Shown: one piece after another, positions 9,988 to 19,975 of the stretch | Layout of the letters: every line of letters begins with the position of its first letter | Position numbering within the stretch: the stretch's first letter is position 1 | Assembly (NCBI GenBank): GCA_018606645.1 | Contig: JAGVRI010000005.1 | Location: 50,629 to 114,628 of the forward strand | Direction of reading: 5' to 3' | From: Chloroflexota bacterium | GTDB taxonomy: Bacteria > Chloroflexota > Anaerolineae > JAAYZQ01 | Length of the DNA: 64,000 bases | Made by a program: the position numbers and the translations under genes | Notes under the pieces: model-generated | What the model saw: the letters and a program-made list of their open reading frames with translations, nothing else | What the model was told of the DNA's origin: nothing | Database searches by the model: none

Positions 9988-10602
9988 TCAGTTCCCTGCC
10001 AGAGGTTCTACTTCCATGATCACATGGTCCATTCGGACTGTCTGTCCCACAGCCGCCCGGATTTTCTTAACAATCCCCTCCCGGGGTGCCCGGATCACAT
10101 TCCGGGTCTTCATCGCTTCCAGGATGGCTACCCCGTCACCCGCTTTGACATTTTGGCCTTCTTGGACCAGGAATTCGACCAGCACCCCGGTCATAGGGCT
10201 GGTCACGGCACCAGCGCCGGCCTCCTCACGGCCTGGAACTCTGGGCCCGCCGAGAGTTGTCGCCGATATGGCCCGATCCTCTGGACGCCGTCGGTCCTCC
10301 CGCCTCAGCCCTTGCGGAATCCGCTCGCCGCTCACCCGGACCTCGTACCGATTCCCCTCGACGATCACCGTGTAGCCGTCTTCCCCAGGCTCCACCAGGA
10401 CCTCGTACGACCTGGGGCCGATCAACAACGAGAACAAGGATTCGCCAATGCGCTCCAGATGGGCGTCCCGTGGCTGATCGTTCACCATCACTCGGCCGTT
10501 TTGCTCGATGCGGATTCGATATTCCTCTCCGGCAAGAGTTGTAACATAGTTCACCGATCTCACGTCTCCTGTCATGTCTCTCACCCCATGGCTGCGGTCC
10601 AC
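9988..10602 (-). CDS. biotin carboxyl carrier protein (biotinyl domain)
   Basis: The C-terminus has the biotinylation motif (GDGVAILEAMKTRNVIRAP). The N-terminus has YRIRIE/YEVRV beta-hairpin repeats typical of small BCCPs. The true start may be the internal ATG at 10575. Confidence 0.8.
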   Translation of the reverse strand: MDRSHGVRDMTGDVRSVNYVTTLAGEEYRIRIEQNGRVMVNDQPRDAHLERIGESLFSLLIGPRSYEVLVEPGEDGYTVIVEGNRYEVRVSGERIPQGLRREDRRRPEDRAISATTLGGPRVPGREEAGAGAVTSPMTGVLVEFLVQEGQNVKAGDGVAILEAMKTRNVIRAPREGIVKKIRAAVGQTVRMDHVIMEVEPLAGN

Positions 10603-10611
10603 TTCTCATCA

Positions 10612-13600
10612 CTAACCGGGGATGATCCCACAGCGTCGTTCAATTCTCTTGGCCTCTCTGAGGCTGTAGAATTCGAGGCGGGCAATTAACTCATCCCGCA
10701 GTTGGGTGGCCGGAATGATCGCCTCAAAGAAGAACTCGCTGGCCATTGCGTAGGGATCGATATTGTCCTCATACTCGTCTTGCTTCGCCTGAATGAACGC
10801 CGGACGCTCCTCGGGCGGCAATTCCATGATCTTGTTATAGTAAATGGCGTTGATGGCTGCGGCTGGCCCCATGAGGGCCGGCTTGGCCGTGGGCAGAGCA
10901 ATGACCGCATCGGGGTTAATGGGAGCGCCAGACATGGCCAGGTATCCGCCTCCATAGGCCTTGCGCACGATGACACAGATGCGGGGCACCGTGGATTCCG
11001 AGACGGCGTAGAGGAATTTGGCGCCGTGGCGGATAATACCCTGTCGCTCCACCTGAGTGCCGATCATAAAGCCGGCAATATCATTCAGGAACAGCAGCGG
11101 GATGTTGAAGGCGTTGCAGATCCAGATAAAACGGGCGGCCTTGTCGGCCGAATCGGGAAAGATGACCCCCGCTTTGATCAACGACTGATTGGCGAGGATG
11201 CCCACCGAACGACCTCCCAGCCGGGCCAACCCGGTGATCATCTCCGGCGCAAACAGCTTCTTGTACTCCCACCAACTGCCTTCGTCAATGATCGCCTCAA
11301 TGAACTCATACATGTCAAACGGGATGCTCTCCCGGCTGGGGACGATCTCTTCGATCGGCCGGCCGGGCGCCGGGTCCCGGGGTTCGACCATCGGCGGCTT
11401 CTCCCGCCAGTTTTGGGGAAAATAGGAGAGGTATTTGAGGGCCGCATCCATCGCTTCCTTGTCATCAGCGACGAGCATGTCCCCCAGCCCGCTGACCTCG
11501 CAGTGCATCCGCGCGCCGCCCATCTCCTCCATCGTCACCTTTTCGCCGATGGCCATTTCGGCCATGCGCGGCGATCCCATATACACCGTGGCATTCTTGT
11601 CCACCATGATGGTCACGTCGCACAGCGCCGGAACATACGCCGATCCAGCGGGGGAGGGACCAAAGAGGATGCAGATCTGAGGGATGCGTCCGGAGAAGAT
11701 GATCTGGTTATAGAAGATATTGCCCCACGCATCCCGTCCTGCGTAGCAGTGGTGCTGGTCGTCAATGCGTGCTCCGGCGGAATCAATGAGATAGAGCAAC
11801 GGGATGCCCAGTTCGTCCGCCTTGCGCTGCATATAGGTCATCTTCTTGTAGCCAATCCGTCCCCAGGTCCCTGCCTTGACCGTCATGTCGTTGGCGATAA
11901 TGGCTACCTTCCGCCCCTCGATGGTGCCCAGACCGACGATCATTGCGTCGGCCGGCAGTCCCTCAGCGTAGCGGGCGAACAGCCCATCCTCTACAAAGGA
12001 GCCAGGATCCAACATGTATTCAATACGGTCCCGCACAAACATCTTGTTCTGTTCCGCGAGTTGTTTGTGGTACTTTTCCGGGCCGCCTTTATAGAGCGTC
12101 TCCATCCGCTGCAGAAGCTCCAGATGCTGAGGCGGTGGATTTTGGGATTGAGTCAGCGGCTTTTTTCTCGGCTCGGGACGCTCCTGGGGTTGGGCGGGCT
12201 GGATCTTTTCCATCCGTTCACCCTTCCTTTCACCGGCGGGGGATGGACCGGCCAGAACTTGTTGATGATGGACCAGCGTGGCAGTGAGAGCTGCGACTTC
12301 TTCCAGTTCTTTGCTTTCTACTCGGCTCAGCACAAAACTATCAAGAAACGAGGTATCATATACCCCTTGGACAAAGGACGGGGTCTCCATCACCTGCTGG
12401 TGGAACGGGATCGAGGTGGGGATGCCGACGATGACATATTCCCGCAACGCCCGACGCATCCGTCGGATGGCCTCCTCACGGCTATCTCCCCAGGCAATCA
12501 GCTTGGCCAGCAACGAGTCATAGTGGGGAGACACTTCGCAGCCCTCGTACAGGCCGCTGTCCACCCGAATTCCCGGACCACCGGGCTGGACCAAGGTCGT
12601 GATCCGGCCACTATGCGGAATGAAATCGTGAAAGGGGTCTTCGGCTGTGATCCGGCATTCGATGGCCCACCCCCGTGGCTGGATATCCGCTTGCTCGTAA
12701 CGCAACGGCTCCCCCGCCGCAATGCGGAGTTGTTCGACGACAATGTCCACCCCGGTCACACATTCTGTCACCGGGTGCTCTACCTGGAGCCGGGCGTTCA
12801 TCTCCAGGAAGTAGAAATTGCCCTCCTGATCCAGCAAGAACTCGACGGTCCCGGCGTTGACATACCCCGCGATCAATGCCGCACGCACCGCAATCTCTCC
12901 CATCCGGCTCCGTAGCTCGCTGTCTACGGTGGGGGAGGGGCATTCCTCGATCAGCTTCTGATGCCGTCGCTGGACCGAGCACTCCCGTTCCCCCAGGTAG
13001 ATGGCGTTGCCATGTCGGTCCACCAGAATCTGGACCTCGACATGATGGGGTTTCTGGATCGCTTTTTCCAGATAGACCCGGTCATCGCCAAAGGCGCTCA
13101 ATGCCTCGCCGCGAGCAGCGCCCAAGGTGCGGAGCAGCTCATCCTGGTTTTGAACCAGGCGCATGCCCCTGCCGCCTCCCCCGGCTGCGGCCTTGATAAA
13201 GAGCGGAAATCCGATACGATCGGCTTCGCTGACCAGTTCCTCATCACTCAGGTCTCGTTCCGTGCCGGGAACAATCGGCACTCCCGCCCGCTGCATGAGC
13301 TGCCGCGCCTTTACCTTGTCCCCCAGAGCGGCCATGGCCTGGGCGGGAGGGCCGATGAACACAATTCCTGCCTCCTCGCAGGCGGCAGCAAATTGGGGAT
13401 TCTCGGCCAGGAACCCATAGCCGGGATGAATGGCCTCCGCCCCGCTCTGGCGGGCGACCTCGATCAGCCGCTCGATGCGCAGATAACTCTCTCGAGCAGG
13501 GGCTGGACCGATATGGTAGCTCTCGTCGGCGTAACGGACGTGGAGCGCCGCCCGATCGGCGTCCGAATAGACCGCGACCGTCTGGACGCCCAACTCCCGG

Positions 13601-13674
13601 CAAGCCCGCATGACGCGGACCGCGATTTCACCCCGATTGGCAATCAGCACTTTTTTGAACATCCGATATCCCAT
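10612..13674 (-). CDS. acyl-CoA carboxylase with biotin carboxylase (ATP-grasp) fused to a PccB/AccD-type carboxyltransferase; no BCCP domain
   Basis: One 1020-aa ORF. Residues 1-450 are a biotin carboxylase (KVLIANRGEIAVRVMRACRELG, ATP-grasp). After a Pro/Gln-rich linker comes a carboxyltransferase (MFVRDRIEYMLDPGSFVE, MGGARMHCEVSGLGD). Confidence 0.85.
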   Translation of the reverse strand: MGYRMFKKVLIANRGEIAVRVMRACRELGVQTVAVYSDADRAALHVRYADESYHIGPAPARESYLRIERLIEVARQSGAEAIHPGYGFLAENPQFAAACEEAGIVFIGPPAQAMAALGDKVKARQLMQRAGVPIVPGTERDLSDEELVSEADRIGFPLFIKAAAGGGGRGMRLVQNQDELLRTLGAARGEALSAFGDDRVYLEKAIQKPHHVEVQILVDRHGNAIYLGERECSVQRRHQKLIEECPSPTVDSELRSRMGEIAVRAALIAGYVNAGTVEFLLDQEGNFYFLEMNARLQVEHPVTECVTGVDIVVEQLRIAAGEPLRYEQADIQPRGWAIECRITAEDPFHDFIPHSGRITTLVQPGGPGIRVDSGLYEGCEVSPHYDSLLAKLIAWGDSREEAIRRMRRALREYVIVGIPTSIPFHQQVMETPSFVQGVYDTSFLDSFVLSRVESKELEEVAALTATLVHHQQVLAGPSPAGERKGERMEKIQPAQPQERPEPRKKPLTQSQNPPPQHLELLQRMETLYKGGPEKYHKQLAEQNKMFVRDRIEYMLDPGSFVEDGLFARYAEGLPADAMIVGLGTIEGRKVAIIANDMTVKAGTWGRIGYKKMTYMQRKADELGIPLLYLIDSAGARIDDQHHCYAGRDAWGNIFYNQIIFSGRIPQICILFGPSPAGSAYVPALCDVTIMVDKNATVYMGSPRMAEMAIGEKVTMEEMGGARMHCEVSGLGDMLVADDKEAMDAALKYLSYFPQNWREKPPMVEPRDPAPGRPIEEIVPSRESIPFDMYEFIEAIIDEGSWWEYKKLFAPEMITGLARLGGRSVGILANQSLIKAGVIFPDSADKAARFIWICNAFNIPLLFLNDIAGFMIGTQVERQGIIRHGAKFLYAVSESTVPRICVIVRKAYGGGYLAMSGAPINPDAVIALPTAKPALMGPAAAINAIYYNKIMELPPEERPAFIQAKQDEYEDNIDPYAMASEFFFEAIIPATQLRDELIARLEFYSLREAKRIERRCGIIPG

Positions 13675-13685
13675 CGTAAAAGAGT

Positions 13686-14012
13686 CTATCCCTCATCAGG
13701 GACAGGAATTTCCATACGCAACAGGGCGGTGGACATGGACTTGCCTGTCTGGTCGAAAAGCAAGGTGCGGGTGGCTCCCCCTCCCAAGGCATTGCGCAAC
13801 ACGATCTCCAGAGCATGGACCTTGGGGAGCGGATAGATCTCCACCGCCCCTTTCACCATATCGCCAAAATGGGCCTTGATCCGTTCGGGCGTCACCTCGC
13901 GGCGGATCAGTTCATACGCCTTCTCATCAAAGGCAAGCAAGCCGATGTTGCACACGTCCCCCTTGTCTCCAGAACGTGCATACGCCAGTTCACGAAGTTG
14001 TTTGGTGGCCAT
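13686..14012 (-). CDS. small AtuA-associated protein (DUF4387-like), probable C-terminal partner of the DUF1446 protein
   Basis: 108 aa with an ARSGDKGD...NIG motif reminiscent of the C-terminal domain of AtuA-family proteins. Homology was recalled from memory, not searched. Confidence 0.45.
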   Translation of the reverse strand: MATKQLRELAYARSGDKGDVCNIGLLAFDEKAYELIRREVTPERIKAHFGDMVKGAVEIYPLPKVHALEIVLRNALGGGATRTLLFDQTGKSMSTALLRMEIPVPDEG

Positions 14013-14024
14013 TGATGTCGCTCC

Positions 14025-14465
14025 TTAATTGGCAGGTCGCTTACTCATCCATAGCTTGTAGATGCACACGACCACCGGTTGGCCGTGTTGATTGACGATC
14101 CGGTAGTCGAATCCGACAACGCCGGTGCCATCCTCCCGCTCTTTCTTTTCCACTGCCTCCATCTCCAGGTGCACCGTATCGCCGATAAAGACAGGCGCGA
14201 TGAACCGCACCCGATCCAGACCGTACAGAGCCAGGACTGTTTCCCGTTTGGCCGGTACCAGCCCGGTGGAGATGGACAGCACCAGCGCACCATGAGCGAT
14301 CCGCCGCCCGAAGGAGGTCTGAGCGGCGTACTCCTGGTCCGTATGGATCGAGTGCCAGTCGCCGCTGAGATAGGCAAAGTTCACCACATCCGCTTCGGTG
14401 ATGGTCCGTCCTTTTGTCACCCACTTCTGGCCGATCTCAATCTCGTCAAAGTATCGGTCTGGCAT
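14025..14465 (-). CDS. MaoC-like (R)-specific enoyl-CoA hydratase / hot-dog dehydratase
   Basis: 146-aa hot-dog fold (NFAYLSGDWHSIHTDQEYA ... RIAHGAL). Confidence 0.8.
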   Translation of the reverse strand: MPDRYFDEIEIGQKWVTKGRTITEADVVNFAYLSGDWHSIHTDQEYAAQTSFGRRIAHGALVLSISTGLVPAKRETVLALYGLDRVRFIAPVFIGDTVHLEMEAVEKKEREDGTGVVGFDYRIVNQHGQPVVVCIYKLWMSKRPAN

Positions 14466-14474
14466 GATTGCCTC

Positions 14475-15257
14475 CTATCCCCAGTTTGGTTTGCGCTTGT
14501 TGAGAAATGCATCCACCCCTTCGGCCACATCATCGCCCAGCATATAGACCACCCGGATGTTGCGCGCGAATTCGAGCGCTTCGTCATAGCCCATATCCGC
14601 CGTGGCGTAAAAGAGCCGCTTGCCCAACGCGATCGCAGCCGGCCCTTTTTCGGCCAGACTGGTTGCCAGTTCCATCGCCTCGTTCGACAGCGCATCGCGG
14701 GGCACCACCCGATTCACCAGACCGATCCGCAAGGCCTCTTCGGCATCGAGGATTCGGCCGGTCAAGGCCATCTCTAACGCCATCCGCTCGCCAACCACAC
14801 GGCGGAGCGCCGGCAAGATGATCATCGGAAAGAGGCCGATCCGGATCTCGGTGGTGCCCAACTTTGCATCATCGGCGGCAATGGCCATGTCACACAGGGC
14901 GACCAGACCGCACCCTCCGGCCAGGGCATACCCCTGCACCGCAGCGATGACCGGCGCGCGCATCGCCGGCACCAGGCGAAACAGCTCGATCCACGGTTCG
15001 GCGGCCTGCCAGTGGTCAAAGGCCGGAAGTTTCAGTTCCTCAGCAAACTCTTTCAGGTCTCCACCGGCTGAAAAATGGTCCCCTGCCCCCGAGATGACCA
15101 CGGCGCGCACCTCAGGGTCGGCATCTACGCCCCGCAGCGTCGAGGTCAGGGCATGGACCATCGCATAGTTCATCGCGTTCCGCTTTTCCGGGTGGCAAAG
15201 GGTCAAGCGTACGACGCGGCCGATCCTTTCCTGAAGGACCAGAGATTCTCCGCTCAT
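14475..15257 (-). CDS. enoyl-CoA hydratase/isomerase (crotonase family)
   Basis: Crotonase motifs (LTLCHPEKRNAM, ISGAGDHFSAGGDLKE, AAVQGYALAGGCGLVALCDMAIA). The start was trimmed to MSGESLV, directly after the upstream gene's stop. Confidence 0.85.
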   Translation of the reverse strand: MSGESLVLQERIGRVVRLTLCHPEKRNAMNYAMVHALTSTLRGVDADPEVRAVVISGAGDHFSAGGDLKEFAEELKLPAFDHWQAAEPWIELFRLVPAMRAPVIAAVQGYALAGGCGLVALCDMAIAADDAKLGTTEIRIGLFPMIILPALRRVVGERMALEMALTGRILDAEEALRIGLVNRVVPRDALSNEAMELATSLAEKGPAAIALGKRLFYATADMGYDEALEFARNIRVVYMLGDDVAEGVDAFLNKRKPNWG

Positions 15258-15259
15258 GA

Positions 15260-16624
15260 TTACACTTCTTCCACCACTACCTTGATCTGGATGGCATCGC
15301 GGGGGATGAGCGTCGGCCACAGAGAGATCACCGGACGCACCGGGAACGGGACGCCGAACGCGGTGCCAATCCCTCCCAAGGTCCATAGGTGGGTGGCCTC
15401 TCGGCGAACCAGGTCGGCCTCCTCAGGAGTGCGGAGCTTGGCGGCGATGCGCAGTCCGACTTCGTTCAGTTCCCCCGTAGGCCGGGGAGCGGTCCGTCCG
15501 TGCAAGGCATTCACGCCGACATAATCAAAGCGGATCTCGATCGGCTCCACTTTGATCCGGTGCTTCAGCCGCATGCGCACAATCTCTTCCGCCCGCTGTG
15601 CTTTTTCCAGCGCGTCGGGCCAGGAGAAGAGAAGGAGCCCCTCGGCGATATAGCCATCCCGATACCCGATGCAGAGCTTCAAGGTATCAGGTCGGGGCTT
15701 CCCCCGAAAGCCTTTCACCCGGACTCGGTTCTCACCCACCTCTTCCACCGTAACGTCACTCAGATCGGCGATGCCGTCCGGCATGTAGTAGTTGTACGGA
15801 TCGAGGACTTCGTACAACAGTTGTTCTTTGACGGTCCACTGATTGACGATCCCGCCGGTATCCGGCGCCTTGGTAATGATCGCCTCCGGGACCTCGTTCA
15901 CCTCGGCAATGGGGAAGCCGATCTTCCAGGCATCCTTCGCCTCGCGCCACTGGTTCGACCCTCCCCCCGTGCAAAAGCAGGCACATTCCAGGAGATGGCC
16001 GATGACGATGCCTCCCCCGATCTTGTCCCAGTAGCCATCTTCAAAGCGCCAGCCAAATTCGTGCATCAACGCCGCCACAAAAGGCGCACCATCGGAGATG
16101 CGGCCGGCGATGATATACTTGGCCCCGGATTGCAGCGCCTCCAGAATGCCGTCCGACCCGATGTAGGCGTTGGCTGCCACAATGTCCTGGCGGATGCGAT
16201 CGAGCCCTTCTTCCCCTGTATCCATGTTGACAAAGGGCACCCCCTCAGCCGCTAACCGGTCCAACTGGTCGAACACGTCATCGCCGCTGATGGTCGCCAC
16301 CTTCAGCCCCTTGAACCCCATCTTGCGGGCCAATTCAATGACCTGACGGCCTCCTTCCTCCGGATTGGCTCCCCCGGCATTGGTGATCATGGTGATGCCC
16401 TTCTCATAGGTAATGGGCAACAACGCTTCTGTCCAGGGGATCAGGTCGGGGATATAGCCATGTTTGGGGTTCTTGCTCTTGTAGCGCTGCAGAATGGCCA
16501 GTGTCAACTCGGCCAGGTGGTCCAGGCCAAGATAGTCAATGTCCCCTTTGGCCGCCACATCGATGGCCGGATCGAGCATGTCGCCCCAGTAGGCCGAACC
16601 ATTTCCTAAACGTACGGTCTTCAT
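15260..16624 (-). CDS. AtuA-like acyclic terpene utilisation family protein (DUF1446)
   Basis: 454 aa. The N-terminus (RLGNGSAYWGD ... DIDYLGLDHLAELTL) matches the DUF1446/AtuA family. Confidence 0.7.
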   Translation of the reverse strand: MKTVRLGNGSAYWGDMLDPAIDVAAKGDIDYLGLDHLAELTLAILQRYKSKNPKHGYIPDLIPWTEALLPITYEKGITMITNAGGANPEEGGRQVIELARKMGFKGLKVATISGDDVFDQLDRLAAEGVPFVNMDTGEEGLDRIRQDIVAANAYIGSDGILEALQSGAKYIIAGRISDGAPFVAALMHEFGWRFEDGYWDKIGGGIVIGHLLECACFCTGGGSNQWREAKDAWKIGFPIAEVNEVPEAIITKAPDTGGIVNQWTVKEQLLYEVLDPYNYYMPDGIADLSDVTVEEVGENRVRVKGFRGKPRPDTLKLCIGYRDGYIAEGLLLFSWPDALEKAQRAEEIVRMRLKHRIKVEPIEIRFDYVGVNALHGRTAPRPTGELNEVGLRIAAKLRTPEEADLVRREATHLWTLGGIGTAFGVPFPVRPVISLWPTLIPRDAIQIKVVVEEV

Positions 16625-16666
16625 CCACCTCTCCTCAGATACGATGATCTAGGTCCTTTGCGTGTA

Positions 16667-17860
16667 TCAAGCGTCCACATGTACGATGGTTGCTTCCCCT
16701 TCGCCGATGCCGCCGCAGATGGCCACCAATCCCCATCCCCCGCCTCGCTTGTGCAAGGCATAGATTAGAGTCATAACCAGGCGCGCTGCGGTAGCCCCGG
16801 TCGGGTGACCGATGGCAATGGCGCCGCCGTTGACGTTGGTCTTGTCCCGAATGGCGGCCACCTTGGCCGGGTCCCCATCGCCCAGGATATAGGTAGACAC
16901 CAGCGGCATAGCAGCAAAGGCTTCATTGATCTCGATCAGGTCCATCTGATCAATGGTCATGCCGACCTGTTTCAAGGCCTTCTGGGCGGCGACCGCCGGA
17001 ATGCTGGCTAGCTTGTCCGGGTGTCCCGCCGCCATCGCCCAGGTTTTGATCGTGGCCAGCGGTTTGATGCCCCGTCGTTCGGCTTCGCCCCGGGTGGCGA
17101 GGACAAGCGCCGCAGCGCCGGTGTTCAGCCCCGGCGCATTGCCGGCCGTCACGGTCGGGCTCCCATACACCGTGGGAAGCTTGGCCAGCTTTTCCAGGGA
17201 GGTATCGGGGCGCACGCTTTCATCTTTGTCAAAAAGGATCGGCGGACCCTTGCGCTGCGGGACCTCGACCGGCATGATCTCGGACTGGAAAAAGCCCGCT
17301 TCCTGAGCAGCCAGACAGCGTTGATGGCTGCGCAGCGCCCAGAGGTCCTGCTCCTCCCGGCCAATGTTGTAGGCCACGGCCTCTTCACCGGCCTGCACGG
17401 CTCGGGCTTTGCCGGTGTACGGACAACTGATCACCAGTTGATCTTTGAGCACAATATCGCCCAATCGGTTCCCCCACCGCGCCGCGTGCAGGAAATAGGG
17501 CACCAGGCTCATGTTTTCGGTGCCGCCCGCGACGACCACTTGAGCGTCGCCAAGACGCAGAGACCGGGAAACCACGTTGATGGCAGTCAAGGATGAGCAA
17601 CATGCTCGATCGACGGTAAAGGCCAACGCCGTATCCGGCAGGCCGGCGCGCAGCGCCACCTGTCGGGCAATGGAGCGGTCAGAACCGGGCAAATTGACCC
17701 CCATTGCCAGCTCATCCACCTCTTCTGGCCGAATGTTGGCGCGGCGCAGGGCCTCCGCCACCACCATACCGCCCAGCTCTGGAAGCGTAAAATCTTTGAG
17801 GGTCCCCCCAAAGGCGCCAAAGGGAGTGCGAACCGCAGACAATACCACCACCTCGTTCAT
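16667..17860 (-). CDS. acetyl-CoA acetyltransferase (thiolase II)
   Basis: Thiolase motifs (VVLSAVRTPFG, VDRACCSSL, NVNGGAIAIGHPTGATAARL, CGGIGEG). Confidence 0.85.
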   Translation of the reverse strand: MNEVVVLSAVRTPFGAFGGTLKDFTLPELGGMVVAEALRRANIRPEEVDELAMGVNLPGSDRSIARQVALRAGLPDTALAFTVDRACCSSLTAINVVSRSLRLGDAQVVVAGGTENMSLVPYFLHAARWGNRLGDIVLKDQLVISCPYTGKARAVQAGEEAVAYNIGREEQDLWALRSHQRCLAAQEAGFFQSEIMPVEVPQRKGPPILFDKDESVRPDTSLEKLAKLPTVYGSPTVTAGNAPGLNTGAAALVLATRGEAERRGIKPLATIKTWAMAAGHPDKLASIPAVAAQKALKQVGMTIDQMDLIEINEAFAAMPLVSTYILGDGDPAKVAAIRDKTNVNGGAIAIGHPTGATAARLVMTLIYALHKRGGGWGLVAICGGIGEGEATIVHVDA

Positions 17861-17905
17861 ACGATCCTCCTATATCTCAGTCGCGTAGCATTGGCCCAGT
17901 CCAGC

Positions 17906-19138
17906 TTAGAGCACCCCAGCTTGCCTGAGGTCCTGGATCTGGGCCGGCGTGTAGCCCAATAGTTCCTGCAGAATTTCCTCCGTATGCTCCCCTAGACGTG
18001 GGGCAGGCCGGGCAATGGCCGTCATCTGGTTGGACATTTTGATCGGCGGACCCACCAGTTCCACCCGTCCGGCCACCGGATCATCCACTGCGACGAACGC
18101 CCGGCGCGCCCGGGCATGGGGGCATTCAAAAATCTCTTTTGCATTCTGAACTGGCCCCACGGGTAGCCCATGCTTCAGTAACCTGTCCACAACCTCCTGG
18201 GTCGTGTGGCTGGCAAACCAGCCCTCGACGATCGGCTTCAGAAACCCCTCCCGCATGTTCCTGGCCCGAGCTGGACCGGAATCGGTCTCACCCTCGATCC
18301 CGATGAGATCGGGACGTTCGATGGCTTCGCAGAAACGAGCCCAATCTCGTTCGGTGGGCACGACGATCGCGATCCAGCCATCCTGCGTCTGGAATGGACC
18401 CCACGGGGCGATGAACGGCTCCACCCCTCGCTCCAGGACCCGGCCGGTCAGAGAATAGGCAGTAAGCGATCGTTCAGCCAGTGAGAGGATGGCATCGTAC
18501 ATCGATACATCGATATATTGTCCCTTGCCGGTCTTGGTGCGCTCATACAGGGCAAACATGATGCCCTGCACCGCCAGTGCCCCTGAATAGAGGTCGCCCA
18601 GGGCAATCCCCAGCCAGGTGGGAGGACCACCGGCCTGGCCACAAGTGTACATCAACCCGCCCATGGCCTGGGCCACAATGTCATACGAGGGCCGGTCGGC
18701 ATAGATCCCTCTTAACTCTGGCATCGTGCCAAAACCACTGATGGAAACGTAGATCAACCCTGGGTTCAGGGGGGCCAGATCGCGATACCCTAACCCCAGT
18801 TTATCGGTCGCGCCGGGGCGCAGGTTATCCACGACCACATCAGAATTCCGGACCAGTTCTTTGTAAATCTCCTTGCCCTTGGGATCCTCCAGATTCAGGG
18901 TGATGCTGCGCTTGTTGCGGTTGAAGCGCATGAAATAGCCGCTGACCCGCTCCCCTGCTTCATTCTTGATCATGGGAGCCCCCTCGCGGGCCGAATCGCC
19001 GGATTTCGGCCTCTCCACTTTGATCACATCGGCCCCGCGGTCGGCCAGAGTCATGGTGCAATACGGACCTGCGACCTGTACTTCGTTGGCAATCACACGA
19101 ATACCAGCTAGAGGACCTTTCTGCTCGGTGAATGTCAT
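17906..19138 (-). CDS. CoA-transferase family III (CaiB/BaiF/Frc-like)
   Basis: N-terminus GIRVIANEVQVAGPYCTMTLADRGADVIKVERP plus the conserved Asp region. 410 aa. Confidence 0.85.
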   Translation of the reverse strand: MTFTEQKGPLAGIRVIANEVQVAGPYCTMTLADRGADVIKVERPKSGDSAREGAPMIKNEAGERVSGYFMRFNRNKRSITLNLEDPKGKEIYKELVRNSDVVVDNLRPGATDKLGLGYRDLAPLNPGLIYVSISGFGTMPELRGIYADRPSYDIVAQAMGGLMYTCGQAGGPPTWLGIALGDLYSGALAVQGIMFALYERTKTGKGQYIDVSMYDAILSLAERSLTAYSLTGRVLERGVEPFIAPWGPFQTQDGWIAIVVPTERDWARFCEAIERPDLIGIEGETDSGPARARNMREGFLKPIVEGWFASHTTQEVVDRLLKHGLPVGPVQNAKEIFECPHARARRAFVAVDDPVAGRVELVGPPIKMSNQMTAIARPAPRLGEHTEEILQELLGYTPAQIQDLRQAGVL

Positions 19139-19198
19139 CTTTCCTCCTCATCGAGTGATGTGTTTACAAATCGATCTGATTCCAAACTGTCCTTTTCC

Positions 19199-19960
19199 CT
19201 ACATCGCCGTCAGACCGCCGTCCACCGGCAGCGTAACTCCGGTGATGTAGGAGGACTCATCGGAAGCCAGGAATAGCGCCGCACGGGCGATCTCCTCGGG
19301 CTCTGCGACCCGGCCCATCGGAATGCGTGCCACCAATTCCTGCATCTTTTTCTCTGGATCGGGCGCGTGGTTGATAAAGCCCAGAAACATCGGGGTGCGC
19401 ACTTCGCTGGGCGCGATCCCATTCACCCGAATGTTGTATCGGGCATAATCGATCGCCATCTGCCGCGTCAGGGCCACCACGCCCCCCTTGGCTGCACTAT
19501 AAGGCGCCTGATTGGGAGATGCGACCAGCCCGCACATCGAGGCCATGTTGATCACTGACCCGCCCCCGCCGTTGATCATATGTGGAATGGCGTACTTGGA
19601 CAGCAAAAAGACACCTTTTAAATCAATTTCCATCGTCTTATCCCATACCTCTTCGGTGGCGTCCACCACCGAGGCAGGGATGGTAACCGCTGCATTGTTG
19701 ACCAGGATATCGATCCGGCCATATGCGTCAACGGTTGTCTGCACCAGCCGCTGCATATCCTCTGCGTTGGAAACATCGCTTTCGACAAAGAGGGCTTCCC
19801 CGCCATGCTGTTGGATCATGCGGACTGTCTCCTGCCCTCCCTCCGGAGCATAGTCAGCCACGACCACTCGGGCGCCCTCCTGGGCGAAGAGTAGGGCCGT
19901 GGCCCGGCCAATGCCGCTTCCTCCTCCGGTGACAATGGCTACCTTTCCTGCCAGTCTCAT
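19199..19960 (-). CDS. SDR-family oxidoreductase
   Basis: TGGGSGIGRA and NNAA motifs with a YSAAK catalytic motif. Confidence 0.85.
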   Translation of the reverse strand: MRLAGKVAIVTGGGSGIGRATALLFAQEGARVVVADYAPEGGQETVRMIQQHGGEALFVESDVSNAEDMQRLVQTTVDAYGRIDILVNNAAVTIPASVVDATEEVWDKTMEIDLKGVFLLSKYAIPHMINGGGGSVINMASMCGLVASPNQAPYSAAKGGVVALTRQMAIDYARYNIRVNGIAPSEVRTPMFLGFINHAPDPEKKMQELVARIPMGRVAEPEEIARAALFLASDESSYITGVTLPVDGGLTAM

Positions 19961-19975
19961 CTTAACCTCTTCCGG

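Noticed and set aside
10702-12915. 737-aa plus-strand ORF
   Set aside because: Antisense to the BC-CT carboxylase gene. It is an Arg/Gly-rich featureless translation, typical of a high-GC shadow ORF.
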